A stretch of 30,740 nt of DNA from a virus (lineage: Duplodnaviria > Heunggongvirae > Uroviricota > Caudoviricetes > Crassvirales): IMG/VR virus record IMGVR_UViG_3300034082_001032. One strand, given 5' to 3'. A program made the translations under genes and the position numbers. Positions 25,543 through 30,740 of the stretch are shown here, in pieces (the first letter of the stretch is position 1; each line of letters begins with the position of its first letter). The notes below the pieces were generated by a model, which was given only the letters and a program-made list of their open reading frames with translations, had not been told where the DNA came from and ran no database searches.

Positions 25543-26151
25543 TTAGAATAATTTTATATACATATTAAGTCCGTATACAGTCCTTTGGTTATTACCAATT
25601 CCTACAGATGCTCCATATAACCTATCACGTTTGGTTTTAACCATCACTCCAACTGAAGGACTTTGGATTCCTTGTCCTTGTAAATAATCCACTCTACCAC
25701 CTAGGTATAGTTGTGCTTTAGGTTTCTCTTTTACAGTGATTGTATTGGTTACAGAAGGAAATTGTAAGTCTGCAGACATAGCTCTACCTACAAGTTTATT
25801 ATATTGCACTGTATCATCTATATATATCTGTCCAAACTTACCCACCTTCATAGTGTCTTTGAACGTGTTTTTTGCATAAAATTGCGAGAGTATCGAATCA
25901 ATCTGTGCAGAGTCAAGCACAGGCACAGGTAGATAAATAGTAGTGTCATGATAGATGTCCTCTCCTTTCTTGTATTTGGTTTCTTTCACTTTAATGTATT
26001 GAGTATCAATCACTTGTTTGATCACCTCATACTTTTTTCCATCGATTTTAATTGTCTCACCTGGAACAACAGGCTTGCCACATTCTGTTCTATAGAGCAT
26101 GATGATGGCAAATAGAATTACAACTGAGTTTATAATATAACTAGTCTTCAT
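25543..26151 (-). CDS. Putative spanin-like protein
   Basis: N-terminal TM segment, DT-rich extended middle region, C-terminal amphipathic beta-strands ending YIKLF; located in the lysis cluster. Confidence 0.45.
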   Translation of the reverse strand: MKTSYIINSVVILFAIIMLYRTECGKPVVPGETIKIDGKKYEVIKQVIDTQYIKVKETKYKKGEDIYHDTTIYLPVPVLDSAQIDSILSQFYAKNTFKDTMKVGKFGQIYIDDTVQYNKLVGRAMSADLQFPSVTNTITVKEKPKAQLYLGGRVDYLQGQGIQSPSVGVMVKTKRDRLYGASVGIGNNQRTVYGLNMYIKLF

Positions 26152-26413
26152 CTATTTCTTTATTTTTTGGAAGAACACCTTCAAATCTAGCCAATATCAT
26201 CATTGGATTTTCATCAGGGTGATTTGTAACTGTCTTATATACATTCCTCTCTAGATTATCTATACGAGTTTTGTCAATGTTTGACTGAGCCATCAATGCC
26301 TTTACATCAGCTTTGATCTCATTCACGTCGTTCCAGATCATGATGGAAACTAATGATACAAGTCCTGGGAATATCCAAGATTTTATCACTGCAACTGTAG
26401 GATTGTCTTTCAT
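26141..26413 (-). CDS. Single-TM coiled-coil membrane protein (lysis-associated?)
   Basis: WIFPGLVSLVSIMIW followed by a heptad region; first gene of the operon. Confidence 0.55.
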   Translation of the reverse strand: MKDNPTVAVIKSWIFPGLVSLVSIMIWNDVNEIKADVKALMAQSNIDKTRIDNLERNVYKTVTNHPDENPMMILARFEGVLPKNKEIDED

Positions 26414-26426
26414 GTTCTTACATAAT

Positions 26427-26471
26427 GTAAAAATAGCACATACCTATCCTGTAGATAGGGAAATGCTATTT
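26427..26471 (-). terminator. Terminator-like hairpin in the lysis operon leader
   Basis: AAATAGCA / TGCTATTT outer stem and CCTATC / GATAGG inner stem; pairs better on the - strand; followed by a U-run. Confidence 0.5.
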
Positions 26472-26496
26472 AGTTATGGTGAAGGGATAAATTTAT

Positions 26497-26540
26497 AAAA
26501 AGTAAAACACTCCTACTAACAACTATAGAGGAATGTTTTT
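26497..26540 (-). terminator. Terminator-like hairpin in the lysis operon leader
   Basis: On the - strand AAAACATTCCT...AGGAGTGTTTT (U-G wobble only in this orientation), followed by ACTTTTT. Confidence 0.55.
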
Positions 26541-26592
26541 TGTATGCTTTTTTGCATAATATAGCGTAAAGTGCACATTACACTTATTGAAG

Positions 26593-26624
26593 CAAATCTA
26601 TGTAATTAATTTGAAACTACCAAA
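26593..26624 (-). promoter_or_regulatory. Bacteroidota-type promoter facing the lysis operon
   Basis: On the - strand TTTG, 20-nt spacer, TAGATTTG. Confidence 0.7.
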
Positions 26625-26641
26625 TATTTTTTCTACCTTTG
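26610..26641 (+). promoter_or_regulatory. Bacteroidota-type promoter for the multidomain glycosyltransferase
   Basis: TTTG (26610-26613), 20-nt spacer, TACCTTTG (26634-26641); ATG at 26650. Confidence 0.75.
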
Positions 26642-26649
26642 AACCACTT

Positions 26650-29600
26650 ATGCCAAACAGTTATTCTTATTTCAAATCTGACATAAAACAGTGGTTTATA
26701 GACAATATTCCTACAGGAACACGCATTCTAGATGTAGGTCCTGGACAGGGAACATATTCAGACTTGCTAAGGAATTTAGGATATAGAATGGATGCTGTAG
26801 AAATATGGGCTCCTTATATAGACCAGTTTAACCTGAGGTCTAAATATGACAATGTTTATGTTGGAGACATCCTAACATTTGATGTAATGTCCTATGACTT
26901 TATCATTCTAGGAGATGTTCTTGAACATGTTCACACAGAGAAAGCTACAGATCTACTTACACACTTTAACCTAATAGATAAAAGATTTCTTGTGGCAGTT
27001 CCCTATATGATGCCTCAGGATGGTGAGGAGTATGGGAACGAGTATGAAACTCATCACCAAGCAGACCTTACACCAGATGTAATGTTAGAACGCTATCCAG
27101 GATTGATAAAACTGTATGACAATCAGTGGTATGGGTACTATGTCAATGAGGACAGAAGATGGGAAAAAGCTTATGTACTCTATGCTACAGAGAGTTATAA
27201 AGAAACTGTATTAGCCTGTGTAGCTTCTATCAGGACATTTAGTAGTTTCCCAGTGATGGTATACATGCTCAACTCAGATATAGATATAGATGGAGCTATC
27301 ACTTTCCGTTGGGATTGTAAAACAAAAGACCTCCCTCAGCAGAAATATATTGATAGGGTTAACATAGATGTTTACAATATGCTCATCCAGCGTCCATGCA
27401 TTGTTAAAGATGCACTGAAGTATGCTAAGGTGGTGGCATATGTAGATGCTGATAGTGTAGCTACCAGGTATGTAGACAGAATATTTGACTATTTCCCATC
27501 CAAGAACAACTATCCATATTTCACAGAAGGGATATACGAATGGATGATTATTAATGGTAGAGGTGGTGTAGAAAGTAGAGATGACATGTCTACAAGTCTT
27601 GAACATCCAGCATGTGAGCTGTTTGGTGTAAACCAATATATAAGAGATAAATACAGACAGACGGGCTATTTTGTGGCTGGACAGTGGTGTATAGAGTTCT
27701 TGGATGAGTGGTGGTGGATGTGTAATCATCCTAAAGTGTTACAAAATCCACAATATTATGCTCCCTACCACGAAGAAACAATAGCTAACATTCTCTTATG
27801 GGCTCAGAAAGGGCTCAAAGGGCTTCCTTACATCTACATGAACGCATCTCTAGATAGAGTGAACAATGTAGAGTTTGCTGGATATAAAAAACAGATTGGT
27901 CATTTTGTATCTACACCAGCCTCAGTGAATGAGTTGTTATTCTATCATGGAGAGAAGGATGCTGCCACTATGTATAAGATGTTAGAACGCCAGAAGAATT
28001 ACTTAAGAATACTATTCATAGCACCACATCTATCCACTGGTGGGATGCCTGCCTTTCTCTTGAGAAGAATACAGGCTTTGCAGGCTCACACAAATGTAGA
28101 AATCTATGTTGTGGAATATTCCAATCACAGCGATCACTTTGTTGTACAAAAAGATCAGATAAAAAAGTTAGTGCGTCACTTCTGGACACTGGGAGAGGAT
28201 AAGATGGAGGTGATGGACATCATCAAGAATAATAATATTGATGTTGTACATATAGAAGAAATGGTGGAAGATGGCTGGAACAATTGGCCAGAATCCCTGA
28301 GAGAAGCTTTGTATGCTCCAGATAGGACATGGAGGATGATTGAGACATGTCACAACATTATATTCAAGCCAGACATTGAGAAGCGCTTCCACCCAGACAG
28401 CTACATGTTCTGTACACCACATCATCTAAAGACATTTGCAAACATGCCTTCTCCTAAGTATGTAGTGGAGTTTCCTATAGAGAAGAAGGAGGCCACTAAA
28501 TTTATGTTTGGAGAGGGAATGCATGTGCTCAATGTAGGACTATGGACACCTGGCAAGAATCAAGGAGAAGCTGTAGAACTAGCTAGACAAATACCAGATG
28601 TACATTTCCACTTTGTAGGTAACCAAGCTGGTAACTTCCAGCACTACTGGGAGCCCCTGATGAAAGACCTTCCTGATAATGTACATGTATGGGGAGAGCG
28701 TAATGATGTAGATGAGTTTATGGCAGGATCTGATTTGTTCCTGTTCAACAGTACATTTGAATGCAATCCATTAGTGATTAGAGAAGCCATAGGGCATGGA
28801 CTACCGATCATTGCTAGGAATCTTCCTCAGTATGGAGACATGTTTACGAAATATATTACTGATTTAGATCCATCTAAGCTGAAAGAACAGGTGTATGAGC
28901 AGCTTAAGAACCTAAAGACTTATAACATTCCTGAGAACCAGGAGCTTGAATTTGCTCTTACACATCTTACCATCTATCAGAAAGTTGTACAAAATGTTGT
29001 ACAATCTAGCGAACATGTGACAATTGATCACAACTTTGTATTAGAACCATTCCTTGAAATCAAGGGAAGATCTAAGAGCAAGTTTAGAGTGGAATATTAC
29101 GATGAAGCAGGTGTGTGTCATTACAGAAACACAATAGGTGTCCAGAACTGGATTAAGCTAAATAGGAGGTGGTTCACCAAGTGGACGATTAAGATGTGGA
29201 AAGATGATGTTCCTTATTATGAATACACTCTAGACTATACAAACCAACGTGTTTACATAGCATTTGATAGTCAATCCTTAGGAGACACAATAGCTTGGAT
29301 GCCATATGTGCTAGAGTTTAAGAAGAAACACAACTGCCATGTAATAGTGAGCACGTTTAAGAACTTCCTGTTCAAGGATGTCTATCCAGAGCTTGAGTTT
29401 ATTGAGCCTGGTCAGAGGGCTGAAAGTATATTTGGTATGTATAGCATAGGTTGGTTCTACAATCCAGATAAAGAACCAGCTTTGTGCAACACTGTAAACC
29501 TCCAAGAGGCAGCCACTAACATCTTAGGTCTTGATTATCAAGAACTTAAACCAAGAATTGCGTTCACTCCTCGTAACAATTTATATGGTAAATATGTTAC

Positions 29601-30069
29601 AATAGCTACAAATTCTACCTCTGGATGTAAGTTCTGGACCAAGGAAGGATGGCAGCTTGTAATAAACTTCCTACACGAGAAGGGATACAATGTTATCAAT
29701 GTATCTAAGGAGAAGAATCCTTTTGACAATTGTGAGCAGATAGAAGATGCATCCATAGAGAACACTATGAATATCATTCATCACAGTCATCTGTTCATAG
29801 GACTATCTAGTGGACTTAGTTGGTTAGCCTGGGCTATGAATAAAAAAGTGGTTATGATCAGTAATTTCACTGAAGATAACCACGAGTTTGATTGTATTAG
29901 AATTACAAACAAAAATGTTTGTCACGGGTGTTGGAATAGAGAAGACGTAAGATTTGATGCAGGAGATTGGGACTGGTGTCCTGAACACAAGGGAACAGAC
30001 AGACAGTTTGAATGCCACCAGAAGATAGATGCTAGTCAGGTTGTTTTTGTCCTTTTAAACCATATCTAA
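26650..30069 (+). CDS. Multidomain enzyme: SAM methyltransferase, GT-A (GT8-like), GT4 (GT-B) and TibC/AAH-like O-heptosyltransferase domain
   Basis: LDVGPGQG...DAVEIW (MTase); YVDADS...HEET (GT-A); FIAPHLSTGGMP...GKNQ...ECNPLVIREA (GT4); SLGDTIAW...FIGLSSGLSWLAWA...CHGCWN...WCP...FEC (TibC-like with four Cys). Start moved to the ATG at 26650 because the promoter lies within the tracked 5' extension. Confidence 0.8.
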   Translation: MPNSYSYFKSDIKQWFIDNIPTGTRILDVGPGQGTYSDLLRNLGYRMDAVEIWAPYIDQFNLRSKYDNVYVGDILTFDVMSYDFIILGDVLEHVHTEKATDLLTHFNLIDKRFLVAVPYMMPQDGEEYGNEYETHHQADLTPDVMLERYPGLIKLYDNQWYGYYVNEDRRWEKAYVLYATESYKETVLACVASIRTFSSFPVMVYMLNSDIDIDGAITFRWDCKTKDLPQQKYIDRVNIDVYNMLIQRPCIVKDALKYAKVVAYVDADSVATRYVDRIFDYFPSKNNYPYFTEGIYEWMIINGRGGVESRDDMSTSLEHPACELFGVNQYIRDKYRQTGYFVAGQWCIEFLDEWWWMCNHPKVLQNPQYYAPYHEETIANILLWAQKGLKGLPYIYMNASLDRVNNVEFAGYKKQIGHFVSTPASVNELLFYHGEKDAATMYKMLERQKNYLRILFIAPHLSTGGMPAFLLRRIQALQAHTNVEIYVVEYSNHSDHFVVQKDQIKKLVRHFWTLGEDKMEVMDIIKNNNIDVVHIEEMVEDGWNNWPESLREALYAPDRTWRMIETCHNIIFKPDIEKRFHPDSYMFCTPHHLKTFANMPSPKYVVEFPIEKKEATKFMFGEGMHVLNVGLWTPGKNQGEAVELARQIPDVHFHFVGNQAGNFQHYWEPLMKDLPDNVHVWGERNDVDEFMAGSDLFLFNSTFECNPLVIREAIGHGLPIIARNLPQYGDMFTKYITDLDPSKLKEQVYEQLKNLKTYNIPENQELEFALTHLTIYQKVVQNVVQSSEHVTIDHNFVLEPFLEIKGRSKSKFRVEYYDEAGVCHYRNTIGVQNWIKLNRRWFTKWTIKMWKDDVPYYEYTLDYTNQRVYIAFDSQSLGDTIAWMPYVLEFKKKHNCHVIVSTFKNFLFKDVYPELEFIEPGQRAESIFGMYSIGWFYNPDKEPALCNTVNLQEAATNILGLDYQELKPRIAFTPRNNLYGKYVTIATNSTSGCKFWTKEGWQLVINFLHEKGYNVINVSKEKNPFDNCEQIEDASIENTMNIIHHSHLFIGLSSGLSWLAWAMNKKVVMISNFTEDNHEFDCIRITNKNVCHGCWNREDVRFDAGDWDWCPEHKGTDRQFECHQKIDASQVVFVLLNHI

Positions 30070-30259
30070 TCCACTTATACCATATACGTTCGTGGATGTA
30101 GTATTGTATAGGTTTCCATAACAACTCAGCCACACCAAATGCAGCACCTGCTTTTATAGATCCTGTTACAATAAACATAGTGAGAACACCAATGAGTGTA
30201 CTTATGAGGCGGTAGCTAACAGTTTTAGCTATGTGTCGTTTTCTTTCTACTTGCATCAT
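30032..30259 (-). CDS. DUF2061-like small membrane protein
   Basis: RHIAKTVSYRLIST...YYIHERIW. Confidence 0.7.
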   Translation of the reverse strand: MMQVERKRHIAKTVSYRLISTLIGVLTMFIVTGSIKAGAAFGVAELLWKPIQYYIHERIWYKWIRYGLKGQKQPD

Positions 30260-30642
30260 AACTTACCCTCTGCTTTCATTTGTTCTCTAATCTTTGTAGC
30301 AGAGATGTCATGTATGTCTGCAGGAGGAACATGTTCTATAACATCATAACCCACTCCTCTACCAATATTGATAGATTCAATATCAGGGATGATGATGATT
30401 CTCAACTTACCTTCCTCAACAAGATCTATTAGTTCGTTAGTGAGGTTCATCATCACTTCAATAGCAGACCAGGGGTTCTTCTCATCCACAGGAACATCCC
30501 TTATACACAAGAGCACCTTTTTATCTTCGTTAAATGCTTGGTCAATCAACCATCTGTGTCCTTCGTGCCATGGTTGCCATCTACCAATGAACATTGCCCA
30601 TTGTCCTGATTTACTTGCTGCTTTTGCTAGAACGTTTTGCAT
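30256..30642 (-). CDS. HxGH nucleotidyltransferase (cytidylyltransferase-like / NadM-like)
   Basis: FIGRWQPWHEGH, NPWS, ISATKIRE. Confidence 0.8.
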   Translation of the reverse strand: MQNVLAKAASKSGQWAMFIGRWQPWHEGHRWLIDQAFNEDKKVLLCIRDVPVDEKNPWSAIEVMMNLTNELIDLVEEGKLRIIIIPDIESINIGRGVGYDVIEHVPPADIHDISATKIREQMKAEGKL

Positions 30643-30740
30643 TGATGTAGTTGTTTATTAGTTGTACACAATGATCCAAAGATAAGGAAGATGTATCAAT
30701 GTACAAAGCTTCTTCTTCTGAAGGTTGTTCAAAGTCTTGA
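30611..30740 (-). CDS. C-terminal end of a probable adenylyl-sulfate kinase (truncated by the window edge)
   Basis: Read by hand on the - strand: QDFEQPSEEEALYIDTSSLSLDHCVQLINNYINAKRSSKSSK. The E.P...IDT...CV..I pattern matches APS-kinase C-termini, and the DUF2061-like neighbour supports the call. Confidence 0.5.
   Translation of the reverse strand, partial: QDFEQPSEEEALYIDTSSLSLDHCVQLINNYINAKRSSKSSK

Noticed and set aside
26587-26649. Tracked 21-aa N-terminal extension of the large GT; similarly the tracked starts at 3801, 4763 and 5049
   Set aside because: These are non-ATG or overlapping starts that run through promoters or upstream genes; the downstream ATGs fit better.
30256-30642. 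HldE/HldC ADP-heptose synthase supplying the TibC-like domain
   Set aside because: The motif is FIGRWQPWHEGH (NadM-like), not the GxFDxxHxGH form of HldC.
811-30661. Short ORFs on the strand opposite long genes (e.g. 811-1074, 5529-5993, 8412-8672, 24584-24922, 27274-27729, 30368-30661)
   Set aside because: They are antisense shadows of well-supported genes, with no recognisable motifs or expression signals.
1-30740. Stop-codon reassignment as in some crAss-like phages
   Set aside because: Genes are full length under code 11; TAA, TAG and TGA all end genes at tight junctions.

Overview
The window reads as part of a large lytic dsDNA tailed-phage genome. Its host is probably a Bacteroidota species: several TTG-N19/20-TAnnTTTG promoters are present, and start codons are preceded by A-rich sequence rather than Shine-Dalgarno sites. 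No capsid, terminase, tRNA or CRISPR features were seen. Layout: (1) + strand 1-13226, a replication/recombination block with rIIA/rIIB-like genes, HNH and PD-(D/E)xK nucleases, class II ribonucleotide reductase, RecA and dUTPase. (2) + strand 13226-15728, an operon of three GT2-type glycosyltransferases and a SAM O-methyltransferase. (3) - strand 26413 to 15889, a lysis cassette (spanin-like, holin-like, PAS-2TM protein, GH19 endolysin), a putative structural protein, three tiny proteins with poly-Thr tails beside a GT95/GT96-like transferase, a ferritin/Dps-like gene and an array of Lys-rich small proteins. (4) + strand 26650-30069, a four-domain methyltransferase/GT-A/GT4/TibC-like enzyme. 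(5) - strand at the right end, a DUF2061-like, HxGH nucleotidyltransferase and APS-kinase-like module. Four free-standing homing endonucleases are interspersed. Best candidates for an undescribed system: a phage-encoded protein O-glycosylation system with its own mucin-like acceptor peptides, and a PAS-sensor membrane protein placed between the holin-like gene and the endolysin, downstream of a leader with two terminator-like hairpins. All family assignments come from motif recognition by eye; no searches were run.
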